From an uncultured virus (IMG/VR IMGVR_UViG_3300033388_000817) (Duplodnaviria; Heunggongvirae; Uroviricota; Caudoviricetes; Crassvirales), in the IMG/VR virus record IMGVR_UViG_3300033388_000817: a stretch of DNA of 20,000 nt. The stretch is one strand, 5' to 3'. The notes under the pieces were generated by a model that made no database searches, had not been told where the DNA came from, and worked only from the letters and a program-made list of their open reading frames with translations. Below, in pieces: positions 1 to 8,558 of the stretch (the stretch's first letter is position 1; each line of letters opens with the position of its first letter). The position numbers and the translations under genes are program-made.

Positions 1-2
1 CT

Positions 3-2456
3 TTAAAAAATATAACTGGATTAGCGGATGGTAGACCTAAGGCTAAAGCTGATTGGATGATAGGTAAGTTTGCTGAAGGATATAATGATTTTTATTTTAC
101 AGACGATCACTTGGGCAATGTTAGAGCTGTTAAAGATGTTTTAGACGTTTTAGATGTTAAGTCTAAAGTTCAACAAGCTAGAGTTAAGTTTCAAAAAGAT
201 TTAGATTTTGAGTTCAACAAAATGATTGAACGAAACAAAGGTGTAAAAGCAGAAGCTAGATATTCTCAAGTTGTAGCTCAAAGACTAGGTAAAAATAAGA
301 AGAGATTTAATTTGTTTTTACCGCCATCAGCAGAAGACTTTAAAGGTTTAACATCTTACATGTTTGCTGGTAAAGGTAAGCAAGGTGAAATGGATCAAGA
401 CTTTTTTGATAAAGCTTTAATAAGACCTTACACCTCAGCTGTTGCGGCTATAGAAACTGCTAAGCAAAGAGTATCTAATGATTATAGAAACTTGATGGCT
501 AACTTTCCTGAAATTAAAAAAGTATTAAGAAGTAAAATACCAGGTGAGCAATTTACTTATGACGAAGCTGTTAGGGTTTATTTATGGGATCAAGCTGATT
601 TTGAAATACCAGGTATATCTAATAGAGATAAAAACATACTAACTAAAATAGTAAGAGAAGATCCTAACTTACAATCGTTTGCTGATGGAGTTCTTTTAAT
701 TACTAAAAAAGATACTTATGTTGAGCCTCCTACCTATTGGCAGGGTCAAACAATACTTGGTGACTTAAACACTATAACAACAAAAGTAAATAGAGCAGAG
801 TATCTATCTGAGTTTAACGAAAACGTAGATATAATATTTAGCGAACAAAACTTAACTAAAATAGAAGCCGTATATGGCTCTAGAGTTAGAGAGTCTTTAG
901 AGAATATTATATGGAGAATGAAAAATGGAACTAATAGACCAAAAGGTAGTGACAGGCAAACAAACGCTTGGATGAATTGGTTAAATAGATCTATAGGAGC
1001 TATAATGTTTTTTAATAGAAGATCAGCTTTACTTCAGTTAATATCTAGTGTTAACTTTATAAACTGGTCTGACAATAATCCTTTTATGGCTGGTAAAGCT
1101 TTTGCAAATCAATCTCAATACTGGTCTGATGTTGTAAGGTTATTTAATTCTGATAAATTAAAACAACGTAGAGCCGGTTTAAAAGGTGATATTAATGAAG
1201 CTGAAATTGCAGCTGCAGTTAAAGGTTCTAAAAATAAAATGAGTACCTTTATAAGTATATTACTAAGAAACGGTTTTGTATTTACTCAAATAGCAGATAG
1301 TGTAGCTATAGCAACTGGTGGCGCAACGTTTTATAGAAACAGAATTAATACGTATAAAAAGCAAGGGCTAAGTCAAACAGAGGCGGAGACTAAGGCGTTT
1401 GAAGATTTTTCTAGAACATCTGAAGAGTCTCAGCAGTCGGCAGATCCCTCTATGATATCACAGCAGCAAGCTGGTATGTTAGGTAGGTTTTTACTTAACT
1501 TTCAAAACACACCTATGCAGTATACAAGGTTAATGAAAAAAGCTGGACTTGATTTAATAAACGGTAGAGGTGATGCTAAGACTAATATATCGAAAATAGT
1601 TTACTATGGTATGGTTCAGAATTTAATATTCTCAACATTACAAAACGCATTGTTTGCTATGATACCAGGTTTTGATGAACCAGATGATGAGTTGACCGAG
1701 GAAGAGCAATTAGAAAAATACGGAAAGGTATTAAGCAAGAAACAAGATAGAATAATAAATGGTATGATTGATACCATATTAAGAGGTTCTGGTGTAGGTG
1801 GAGCTGTTATATCTACAATTAAAAACGCTATAAATAGATACAACTTTGAAGAAAAGAAAGGTTTTACAGCTGATCACACATATACGGTACTGGAACTTGC
1901 TAACTTATCTCCAGCATTAGGATCTAAATTAAGAAAAATTTATTCTGCTATACAAACAAAGAAGTTTGAAAAAGACGTTATAGCTGAAAAAGGATTTAGT
2001 GTTACAATTGACGGTAGATTTCAACTAAGCCCATCCTATCAAGTTGTTGGTAGTGTAGTTTCTGGAGCTGCTAATATACCAATGGATAGAATGGTAGCAG
2101 AGATAAATGCTATTACGGAAGCTTTTGATAATAGAAATACTATATACCAAAGAGTAGCTTTAGCTTTAGGATTCAGAACATGGGATGTTAATTCTAAAAT
2201 AGAAGAATTTGATTTAATAAAAGCAGATGCTAAAATTCGTAGAAAAGAAGAAGGTAAAATAAAAGCTAAAGAAACTAGAAAAAGAAAAGCTCAAGAAAAA
2301 GCAAGACTTAAAAAACTAGAAGAAGAAAGATACAACAACATGAGTGATTCTCAAAAGTTAGAGTATGATCTTCAGAAGGACAAAGAGTTTCAAGAAAAAA
2401 TAGATAGCGCTATAGAAAAAGCTATGGAAAAATTAGATAAACTCTATAACGAATGA
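3..2456 (+). CDS. Giant virion-associated/internal (ejection-type) protein, 5'-truncated by the window; HAD-like phosphatase motif at the window edge and helical C-terminal region
   Basis: The frame is open from base 3 (LKNITGLADGRPKAKADW-MIGK...), so Met57 is internal. It is more than 817 aa, largely helical, with a charged C-terminal tail. It lies directly upstream of the endolysin with an ATGA overlap. K...FYFTDDHLGNV resembles HAD motifs III/IV. Confidence 0.6.
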   Translation, partial: LKNITGLADGRPKAKADWMIGKFAEGYNDFYFTDDHLGNVRAVKDVLDVLDVKSKVQQARVKFQKDLDFEFNKMIERNKGVKAEARYSQVVAQRLGKNKKRFNLFLPPSAEDFKGLTSYMFAGKGKQGEMDQDFFDKALIRPYTSAVAAIETAKQRVSNDYRNLMANFPEIKKVLRSKIPGEQFTYDEAVRVYLWDQADFEIPGISNRDKNILTKIVREDPNLQSFADGVLLITKKDTYVEPPTYWQGQTILGDLNTITTKVNRAEYLSEFNENVDIIFSEQNLTKIEAVYGSRVRESLENIIWRMKNGTNRPKGSDRQTNAWMNWLNRSIGAIMFFNRRSALLQLISSVNFINWSDNNPFMAGKAFANQSQYWSDVVRLFNSDKLKQRRAGLKGDINEAEIAAAVKGSKNKMSTFISILLRNGFVFTQIADSVAIATGGATFYRNRINTYKKQGLSQTEAETKAFEDFSRTSEESQQSADPSMISQQQAGMLGRFLLNFQNTPMQYTRLMKKAGLDLINGRGDAKTNISKIVYYGMVQNLIFSTLQNALFAMIPGFDEPDDELTEEEQLEKYGKVLSKKQDRIINGMIDTILRGSGVGGAVISTIKNAINRYNFEEKKGFTADHTYTVLELANLSPALGSKLRKIYSAIQTKKFEKDVIAEKGFSVTIDGRFQLSPSYQVVGSVVSGAANIPMDRMVAEINAITEAFDNRNTIYQRVALALGFRTWDVNSKIEEFDLIKADAKIRRKEEGKIKAKETRKRKAQEKARLKKLEEERYNNMSDSQKLEYDLQKDKEFQEKIDSAIEKAMEKLDKLYNE

Positions 2457-2878
2457 GAACAATAAATAAAATAATAGTACACTGTTCTGCTACGCAAGAA
2501 GGTAGAGATTTAGATGCTGCAGAAATAAATCGTTGGCATTTAAAAAGAGGCTGGAACGGTATAGGTTACCATTATGTAGTTTTATTAGACGGTACTATAG
2601 AATATGGCCGTAGCATATACAAACAAGGAGCTCATGTTAAAGGCGAAAATGAAGGCTCTATAGGTATTTGTTATATTGGAGGCGTTGAATCAGAACGCGG
2701 TTCTAATGGAAAATGGATTGCTAAGGATACTAGAACACCAGAACAAAAAGAAAGTTTATTATTGTTGCTTAAAACATTAAAGAAAATGCACTCGGAAGCT
2801 ACAATACATGGACACAATGAGTTTGCGGCTAAAAGTTGCCCATGCTTCGATGCTAATAAAGAATATTGTAATATATAA
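2453..2878 (+). CDS. N-acetylmuramoyl-L-alanine amidase endolysin (Amidase_2, T7 lysozyme-like)
   Basis: Motifs IIVHCSAT, GWNGIGYHYVV, GAHVKG.N..SIGICYIGG and HGHNEF..KSCPCF supply the His/His/Cys Zn ligands as in T7 gp3.5. Confidence 0.95.
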   Translation: MRTINKIIVHCSATQEGRDLDAAEINRWHLKRGWNGIGYHYVVLLDGTIEYGRSIYKQGAHVKGENEGSIGICYIGGVESERGSNGKWIAKDTRTPEQKESLLLLLKTLKKMHSEATIHGHNEFAAKSCPCFDANKEYCNI

Positions 2879-2888
2879 AAAATTAAAA

Positions 2889-3176
2889 ATGGCTTATAAA
2901 GTAAAAGGACCTGCTATAAAAGAAAAAGCTTACGAAAAGCAAAACAGGAAAATGCGTAAAGATTACACTGCTGAAACTGGTAAAAAGCTAGGATCAAGAC
3001 AAACGTCTGGAACTGGTAAACGTAGAGTTTCTTTCGCTTGTAGATTTGCCGGTATGGCGGGCGCAATGAAAGACGCTAAAGGAGAACCAACTAAAAAAGC
3101 AATGGCTTTAAAAAAATGGGGGTTTGGTAGCGTTGCCGCTGCTAGAACTTTTTGTAATAAACACAAAGAAAAATGA
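2889..3176 (+). CDS. Small basic phage protein (DUF6321-like)
   Basis: ATG at 2889 follows an A-rich leader and is preferred over 2808, which overlaps the amidase. The motif RRVSFACRFAGMAGAMKDAKGEPTKKAMALKKW recalls the DUF6321 marine phage family. Confidence 0.65.
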   Translation: MAYKVKGPAIKEKAYEKQNRKMRKDYTAETGKKLGSRQTSGTGKRRVSFACRFAGMAGAMKDAKGEPTKKAMALKKWGFGSVAAARTFCNKHKEK

Positions 3177-3724
3177 GAGATAAAATTAGAGGAATAAAAG
3201 GATTTCATATGGGTGCGGCTAATCCTACACCGCTAGATAAACTCAGAAGAAAAGATGCGCCTAGAGGTAGTCAAGCTACTATATCCGCTCCTACACCTGA
3301 AGATAGTGCTTGGCAACAACTTAAAACTTTTGTTAGTAATCCTTTTGATGGCACTAGAGCTTTGGTGAACGAAGCAAGAGGAGGTATAAGAGAAGCTTTT
3401 GGTTTAAGTGATCAAGGCGATAGAGATGGAGTTTATGGTAGTCTTACTAATTTAAGAAGAGCTAATGAATCTGAAGACAAACAAACTCAAGAAGCTCTAA
3501 GTAGATCAAGCGCTTTTAATTCTGTTTCTTCTATGGTACCAGTTGCTTTAACGGCTCAAACAGTTTCTGATGCTATTAGTGGTGATGTTACTTCATTAGC
3601 CACCAAAAAATTAAACAAAATACCTGTAGTTAAAGATATAGTTAAAAATCCAAAGCTAGCTAAAAAGATAGCTAAAACCGCTTACAATGCCTTGAAAACA
3701 AACAAAAACATAAACATAAACTAA
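3173..3724 (+). CDS. Hypothetical late protein
   Basis: 183-aa ORF with an ATGA overlap to the upstream gene; it tiles the operon. Confidence 0.75.
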   Translation: MRDKIRGIKGFHMGAANPTPLDKLRRKDAPRGSQATISAPTPEDSAWQQLKTFVSNPFDGTRALVNEARGGIREAFGLSDQGDRDGVYGSLTNLRRANESEDKQTQEALSRSSAFNSVSSMVPVALTAQTVSDAISGDVTSLATKKLNKIPVVKDIVKNPKLAKKIAKTAYNALKTNKNININ

Positions 3725-3726
3725 AA

Positions 3727-3888
3727 ATGGACGTGCAGCAATTTAAACTCTACTTAATTAACGGATCAACTCTGGGTGTAACAACATTTACAAAAATAGA
3801 AATGGGATTAAAAATAGTTCTTTTATTAGTTACTATAGGTTATACTATATCAAAATGGATAGAAATTAACAACAAAAAAAATAAATAA
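3727..3888 (+). CDS. Putative holin (53 aa, not in ORF track)
   Basis: Manual translation: MDVQQFKLYLINGSTLGVTTFTKIEMGLKIVLLLVTIGYTISKWIEINNKKNK. It has a hydrophobic segment and basic C-tail, lies near the endolysin, and starts 2 nt after the upstream stop. Confidence 0.65.
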   Translation: MDVQQFKLYLINGSTLGVTTFTKIEMGLKIVLLLVTIGYTISKWIEINNKKNK

Positions 3889-3891
3889 ATT

Positions 3892-4032
3892 ATGGGAAAA
3901 TTATTAGTAAAATTAGGTTTAGCCTTACAATCATGGTGGAAAAAGTTGATGTGCAAGTGGAACTGGTTAGTTTCTAAATTAATTGTAGATGTCAAAGATT
4001 GTCCAGTGGCACAATGTGTTTGTAAGAAATAA
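3892..4032 (+). CDS. 46-aa cationic Trp/Cys-rich peptide (not in ORF track)
   Basis: Manual translation: MGKLLVKLGLALQSWWKKLMCKWNWLVSKLIVDVKDCPVAQCVCKK. It fills the gap between 3888 and 4035 with 2-3 nt spacers. Confidence 0.7.
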   Translation: MGKLLVKLGLALQSWWKKLMCKWNWLVSKLIVDVKDCPVAQCVCKK

Positions 4033-4034
4033 AT

Positions 4035-4385
4035 ATGAAAAATATAGATCGCTTAAGAGGAGCAGCTAAAAGAGGTGCTGCTAATAAATATAGTAATTTT
4101 GGACAAGCTATTCAAAGTGCTGTTAGTGCTATGCCAGGAATGTCACCAACTCCTTTTGCTGCAGAAATTCCATTTTCTACTGAAATATCTGTAGAAGATA
4201 GACAAAAGCTTAATGATAAAGCAGATATACAAGTTGGAATAAATAACATAGAAGATGTTATGAAAAATGAAGACAACTATAGAAAAAGTGGTAAAATGAA
4301 AGGTAAGGCTAAAAGAGAGATTAGAAAAAATCAAAGAGAAATAAAGCCTAAAAGAGAAGAATATAGAGAAAAATATGATGAATAA
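4035..4385 (+). CDS. Hypothetical basic protein, last gene of + strand arm
   Basis: 116-aa ORF with a Lys/Arg-rich C-terminus, followed by hairpins. Confidence 0.75.
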   Translation: MKNIDRLRGAAKRGAANKYSNFGQAIQSAVSAMPGMSPTPFAAEIPFSTEISVEDRQKLNDKADIQVGINNIEDVMKNEDNYRKSGKMKGKAKREIRKNQREIKPKREEYREKYDE

Positions 4386-4431
4386 GGAACAAAGATAACT
4401 GGGCGTACCATACCCAAAAGTTCCTGTAACC

Positions 4432-4468
4432 GAAGGGGATCTCAAGCGAGGTCCCCTTCATTGTTTTT
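4432..4468 (+). terminator. Rho-independent terminator between the convergent arms
   Basis: GAAGGGGATCTC-AAGC-GAGGTCCCCTTC is a 12-bp stem with one G-U pair, followed by ATTGTTTTT. Confidence 0.85.
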
Positions 4469-6185
4469 ATCCGTCACAGGCAATACAATCTTCACTCATA
4501 GCTTGTTGTGCTATATCACCGCGAAGTACTGATTCAGTTCTAGTATAGTATAAGGTTTTAATACCTTTCTTCCACGCCTCAAAATGAACTTTGTTAATCC
4601 ACTTTGGTGTAGCTACACTAGGAAAAGCTAAGTTTAAACTAACTGACTGATCTACATATTGCTGTCTCAGTCCAGCTTGGTTAACAAGCTCTAATTGATT
4701 AATCTCCTTAAAAGTTTTAAATACCTCTTTTGCGGGTGTTTCGTGTGCCAAAGTAACATCATCAAGCTCAGTAATATTTTGCACGCTACCACCATCAGCC
4801 ATGATCTTATCCCACGTTTCATTATTATTTATTTTAAGTTTTCTAAGTAGTTTTACTAGAGTTGGATTTTTTCTAATAAAAGTACCTTTAGCAGATTGCT
4901 CAGTAAATACATTAGCAGCCCAAGGTTCTATTCCTGGCGAAACGTTTCCGCTAAGCTTTGAATTGCTAACAGTGGGAGCAACAGCACGCAAGTGAGTATT
5001 GCGCATACCAGTATTAGCACACCACAAAGGCTCACCATAAGTTTCAGCAAGTGCCATGGAAGCTCTTTCGCTTTCAATTTTAATTTGACTAAATATTTTC
5101 CTAGTTTCAAACTGAGCAAGTAACCCTTCGAACGAAATACCTTTTTCCTGTAAGTATGTGTGCCAGCCCAAAACTCCCAAGCCAAGCGCTCTTCCTTTCG
5201 TAGCTGACCTAACTGCGTTTTCAAAGCCTCGTAAGCCTTTAGCTCTTTGTATAAACTCTTCCATGACGCCATCAAGGAACCATATACTGTCGTAAATAAG
5301 GTTAGTACCTTTCCATTCTTCATATTTAGCTAAGTTTAATGATGATAAGCAACATACAAAACTATGATTTTCATCCGTGTGTAATGTAATTTCTGAACAT
5401 ATGTTTGTCATATGTACCTTTAGTCCGTTTTCTTTATATGCTTTTGGATTATTTTTATTAACGTTCCCTTTAAACATAATATACGGTTCTCCAGTTGCTT
5501 TTCGTTTTCTAAGTAATTTACTCCATCTAGCTCTAGCATTCGCATCTCCTTGTTCAAGGCGTCGCATAAACTTATCGCCCACAATTGCGCACTGATGTAG
5601 ATTAAGCGATTGTCTGTTAACATCTCCTTTGGGTTCTCTAATTTCAAGCCACTCTTCGAAATCATCGTGGTCAATATTGATGTTAACCGATGCTGCTCCT
5701 CTTCTGACTGATCCTTGATTAGTCGCGAGTATTGTTGAATCATAGATTTTACAAAAGGGTACAACTCCGTCTGATGTTCCATTTCCTGTTATTTTAGCGC
5801 CGGCGGGTCTGATTTGATTTATACCAATGCCAACTCCACCGCCGTGCTTAGCGAGTAGCATCATCTCTAGGTTTTTCTGTCCAATATCCTGTATTGAATC
5901 AGCCACGTCAATACCAAAGCAACTAATAGGTAAGCCGCGATCAGTCCCAGTGTTTGAGAGTACAGGACTAGCAAGACACAACCAACCGTTCCAAATATAA
6001 TTAAAAAACGTTTCTGCCATTTCTGGTTTATATAATCGTCTAGCCACAGTTTTAGCAACACGCATGTAAGCATCACGTGGCGTTTCATCTTGTAATAAGT
6101 ATCCACCAGATATTGTTTTTTTATAGACGTCTGTGTTTCCCCATACTGGGTAGTCTTCTCCTTTGATCCATTCATTGTTCCACAT
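4467..6185 (-). CDS. nrdA: Class I ribonucleotide reductase alpha subunit (no ATP cone)
   Basis: Motifs ASPVLSN, PISCF, GGGVG, TNICSEI (thiyl Cys), VCCLSS, APTVSNS, TLYYTR and C-terminal CIAC. Start is at 6185 (MWNNEW) with a TAATG overlap. Confidence 0.95.
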   Translation of the reverse strand: MWNNEWIKGEDYPVWGNTDVYKKTISGGYLLQDETPRDAYMRVAKTVARRLYKPEMAETFFNYIWNGWLCLASPVLSNTGTDRGLPISCFGIDVADSIQDIGQKNLEMMLLAKHGGGVGIGINQIRPAGAKITGNGTSDGVVPFCKIYDSTILATNQGSVRRGAASVNINIDHDDFEEWLEIREPKGDVNRQSLNLHQCAIVGDKFMRRLEQGDANARARWSKLLRKRKATGEPYIMFKGNVNKNNPKAYKENGLKVHMTNICSEITLHTDENHSFVCCLSSLNLAKYEEWKGTNLIYDSIWFLDGVMEEFIQRAKGLRGFENAVRSATKGRALGLGVLGWHTYLQEKGISFEGLLAQFETRKIFSQIKIESERASMALAETYGEPLWCANTGMRNTHLRAVAPTVSNSKLSGNVSPGIEPWAANVFTEQSAKGTFIRKNPTLVKLLRKLKINNNETWDKIMADGGSVQNITELDDVTLAHETPAKEVFKTFKEINQLELVNQAGLRQQYVDQSVSLNLAFPSVATPKWINKVHFEAWKKGIKTLYYTRTESVLRGDIAQQAMSEDCIACDG

Positions 6186-6433
6186 TATGAAAAATATAAT
6201 ATTATGTAGGCAATTGCTACGTTTAAATTTACGAACACTAAGTTCCATTGTTTTGCCACAAATACTTGAGGTATTGAAATAATACCTGCTATAATATAAG
6301 TGATCATACCTCTTTCATCAGGTAATAAATGAGGACTTGTCATCATAAACGCAGTCCCCATATACCCTAGTCTATTAGCTAATCTTTCAGTCGGACTTAA
6401 TTTCCTCTGCTTTACTAGATTTTTCAACCACAT
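6185..6433 (-). CDS. Small membrane protein (about 3 TM helices)
   Basis: Three hydrophobic stretches: LGYMGTAFMM, MITYIIAGIISIPQVFV and LVFVNLNVAIAYIILYF. Its stop overlaps the nrdA ATG. The start is uncertain (6433 or 6463). Confidence 0.7.
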   Translation of the reverse strand: MWLKNLVKQRKLSPTERLANRLGYMGTAFMMTSPHLLPDERGMITYIIAGIISIPQVFVAKQWNLVFVNLNVAIAYIILYFS

Positions 6434-6602
6434 CCTTTTTAAGTTCTTTGATTGCTTTTTCATATCCAGGCATTTTTTTAATTGTTTCTAATGTTCCTAT
6501 TGCTAAGTCTTTTACTTGTGTTATTTCATTAAGAAGATGCTGTGTTACCCTTACAACCGCATCCATCTTGTTTTTCATCTCTATTAGTTTTGATTCCTTC
6601 AT
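6387..6602 (-). CDS. Hypothetical coiled-coil protein
   Basis: 71-aa helical ORF in operon orientation. Confidence 0.65.
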   Translation of the reverse strand: MKESKLIEMKNKMDAVVRVTQHLLNEITQVKDLAIGTLETIKKMPGYEKAIKELKKDVVEKSSKAEEIKSD

Positions 6603-7248
6603 TTGATCTTGCTATTTTATTTTTTAATACAAGTTGATTTTTTGCTTTTTTAAAATCATGAAAAGCCACTTGTCTGGGTCCTGTTAATTTTTTTAATTTA
6701 TAAAACATAACTAACACCTCTCTACTTTCTTTAAATTCATTAGGATATTTGCTATGAAAATAATTACAAGGATAAGATATTAGTCTATTTTGTTTATGTC
6801 CTATAACAGACTTTAAGTCCCATTTAGATGTATCATTAGCATCAGACGTTAAAAGCTTATTAAAGTCGTCCTCAGAGCCTCCTGGATATGTATCTCCAAG
6901 ATCTTTGTGAGACCAAAAAGCAGTACCATTTAATTCTTTGGTTTTATTTTCAGACAAATAAAGAACTATAGCTTTTTCAGGTTGCTGTCCTTCTATTATA
7001 GTATCATTGTGTATACGCCAATCATTATCTTGCCCTTCTTTAGCTTGTCTAAAAAAGCATAATATATTTTCAACTTGTCTATTTTCTATGTATGATATTT
7101 TATTTATCATATAGTCAACTAAAAGACTATCAGGTTCTTTAACCCAAAAAGATTTACCAGGAGTTTTTACTTCCTGATAATCTCTTTTGTCTAACAACAG
7201 TGTGTCTAAAAGTTCTTTTTCTAAAAAATTATCTTCTATATAAATCAT
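6529..7248 (-). CDS. 2OG-Fe(II) oxygenase superfamily protein (DUF6445-like)
   Basis: N-terminal IYIEDNFL, HxD motif (IHND), LYLS...GTAFW, NRLISYPCNYFHS (distal His) and a downstream Arg (SREVLVMF). Confidence 0.8.
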   Translation of the reverse strand: MIYIEDNFLEKELLDTLLLDKRDYQEVKTPGKSFWVKEPDSLLVDYMINKISYIENRQVENILCFFRQAKEGQDNDWRIHNDTIIEGQQPEKAIVLYLSENKTKELNGTAFWSHKDLGDTYPGGSEDDFNKLLTSDANDTSKWDLKSVIGHKQNRLISYPCNYFHSKYPNEFKESREVLVMFYKLKKLTGPRQVAFHDFKKAKNQLVLKNKIARSNEGIKTNRDEKQDGCGCKGNTASS

Positions 7249-7277
7249 CTATATCTTCTTGTGTTATGTTTATCCAA

Positions 7278-8246
7278 CTACCAGATGTCCTCGAAGTCTT
7301 CACCCTCGCCAGCTTTTGAATAATCTGTTGGCCTAATTGCGAAAAAATCAGTATGAGTGACCCCGCCGGTAAGATGATAGAACCAATCAAGATTAGTTGC
7401 TGCTTTTTTGTCATATGAGAAATACGATCCAAGATCGATATAACCCAGTTCAATAAGTTTTTCATTTGTTCTTTTTCTTATAAATTGTTTTAAGTCATAA
7501 GCTTTAATGCCTTCAATATCACCCATCTCAAACATTTTATCTATGTACTTTTCTTCTAAAGCCACCATAGCTTCTGCGGCTGTAATTACATCTGATCTAC
7601 AAGCTTCTAATAGCTTATTATCTTCTTGACACATATGCTTAAATAATTGACAACCCATTTTACTATGTAGGCTTTCATCACGGACAGACCATTTCATTTG
7701 TTGCCCGATACCCTTAAGTAAATTTCGAAGCTGAAAACTATAAAGCACTGCAAAAGCACTATACAAACTAACTCCTTCAGCGAAGGCTGAAAACACAGCC
7801 AAGCTTTTCGCAATACCAGTAGTATCACTGCCGTTGTAAGCAACCAGATTATCAAATCTTTCAGCCGTTGCTGGCTCGTGAAGAAATGCTTCATAATCTT
7901 CTAGTTTTAATGTTTCATTTAAATAACTATATGCCACAGCATGCACGGTTTCTTGTGAGCCAAACATCATAGCCATTTGTCTTATTTCGTGTTTAGGAAA
8001 CCACGATACGACTTTCTGGGTCCAATAGTCTGAAACAGCGCATTCGGTCTGCGCGAATCCAAGAAGTATGTTCCCAACAAGGTTTTTTTCTTTTTCGTTA
8101 AGTCTTTCATTCCAATCTTTTATATCACTTTGCATTGAGATTTCTGTATGTAGCCAGAAAGCTTGTGCTTGTTTTAACCAACCCTCAGTATAATACTCAG
8201 GATAATCAAACGGCTTGTACGCTATGCGCTCATCAAATAATCCCAT
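7278..8246 (-). CDS. nrdB: Class I ribonucleotide reductase beta subunit
   Basis: Ferritin-like ligands QTE(68), ETVH(99/102), EGVSLY and DESLH, radical-site Tyr106, and C-terminal DFFAIRPTDY. Confidence 0.95.
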   Translation of the reverse strand: MGLFDERIAYKPFDYPEYYTEGWLKQAQAFWLHTEISMQSDIKDWNERLNEKEKNLVGNILLGFAQTECAVSDYWTQKVVSWFPKHEIRQMAMMFGSQETVHAVAYSYLNETLKLEDYEAFLHEPATAERFDNLVAYNGSDTTGIAKSLAVFSAFAEGVSLYSAFAVLYSFQLRNLLKGIGQQMKWSVRDESLHSKMGCQLFKHMCQEDNKLLEACRSDVITAAEAMVALEEKYIDKMFEMGDIEGIKAYDLKQFIRKRTNEKLIELGYIDLGSYFSYDKKAATNLDWFYHLTGGVTHTDFFAIRPTDYSKAGEGEDFEDIW

Positions 8247-8392
8247 TATTTATATATTTCTAAAGCTATGTCAATAAAAGGTATATACATAACGTGTGTG
8301 TCTTGACTTTCTTCATTATAAGATCTTATTCCAAACAACACACCTGGGTAAAACCCAACTGACAAGCTCCAATTTTTTATTTCTTTATCCAT
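8246..8392 (-). CDS. Hypothetical 48-aa protein (not in ORF track)
   Basis: MDKEIKNWSLSVGFYPGVLFGIRSYNEESQDTHVMYIPFIDIALEIYK. Its stop overlaps the nrdB ATG (TAATG). Confidence 0.7.
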   Translation of the reverse strand: MDKEIKNWSLSVGFYPGVLFGIRSYNEESQDTHVMYIPFIDIALEIYK

Positions 8393-8558
8393 AGCACTTT
8401 ATTCCGTATTTATTTTGTACTTCTACAAGCTCTTTGTAGATAACTTTATTTCTATTTTCAAAACTCCATTTCCACCACGTGTCTATTTTACGCTCAGCGT
8501 ATTTTTGCCTTGCAATTACTTTCGCGAGGTTAGGATTAACCTTATTGTTTCGTCGCAT
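8385..8558 (-). CDS. Hypothetical 57-aa basic protein (not in ORF track)
   Basis: MRRNNKVNPNLAKVIARQKYAERKIDTWWKWSFENRNKVIYKELVEVQNKYGIKCYG. It fills the gap and overlaps both neighbours. Confidence 0.6.
   Translation of the reverse strand: MRRNNKVNPNLAKVIARQKYAERKIDTWWKWSFENRNKVIYKELVEVQNKYGIKCYG

Noticed and set aside
1616..1843. Antisense ORFs in the track (1616-1843, 2963-3208, 4143-4445, 4801-4995, 5377-5595, 9650-9859, 10137-10451, 10378-10566, 11433-11624, 14790-15107, 16827-17012, 17050-17301, 18130-18315)
   Set aside because: They lie opposite well-supported genes and have no recognisable motifs, so they are shadow ORFs.
4928..6175. Same-strand alternative-frame ORFs inside nrdA, nrdB and the primase-helicase (4928-5323, 5420-5782, 5867-6175, 7229-7465, 7694-7894, 11502-11864)
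   Set aside because: They are nested in conserved enzyme genes whose main frames are intact.
8422..8440. Hairpin TCTACAA-GCTCT-TTGTAGA
   Set aside because: It is short, AT-rich and inside a coding region, with no U-tract in the sense direction, so it is likely chance.
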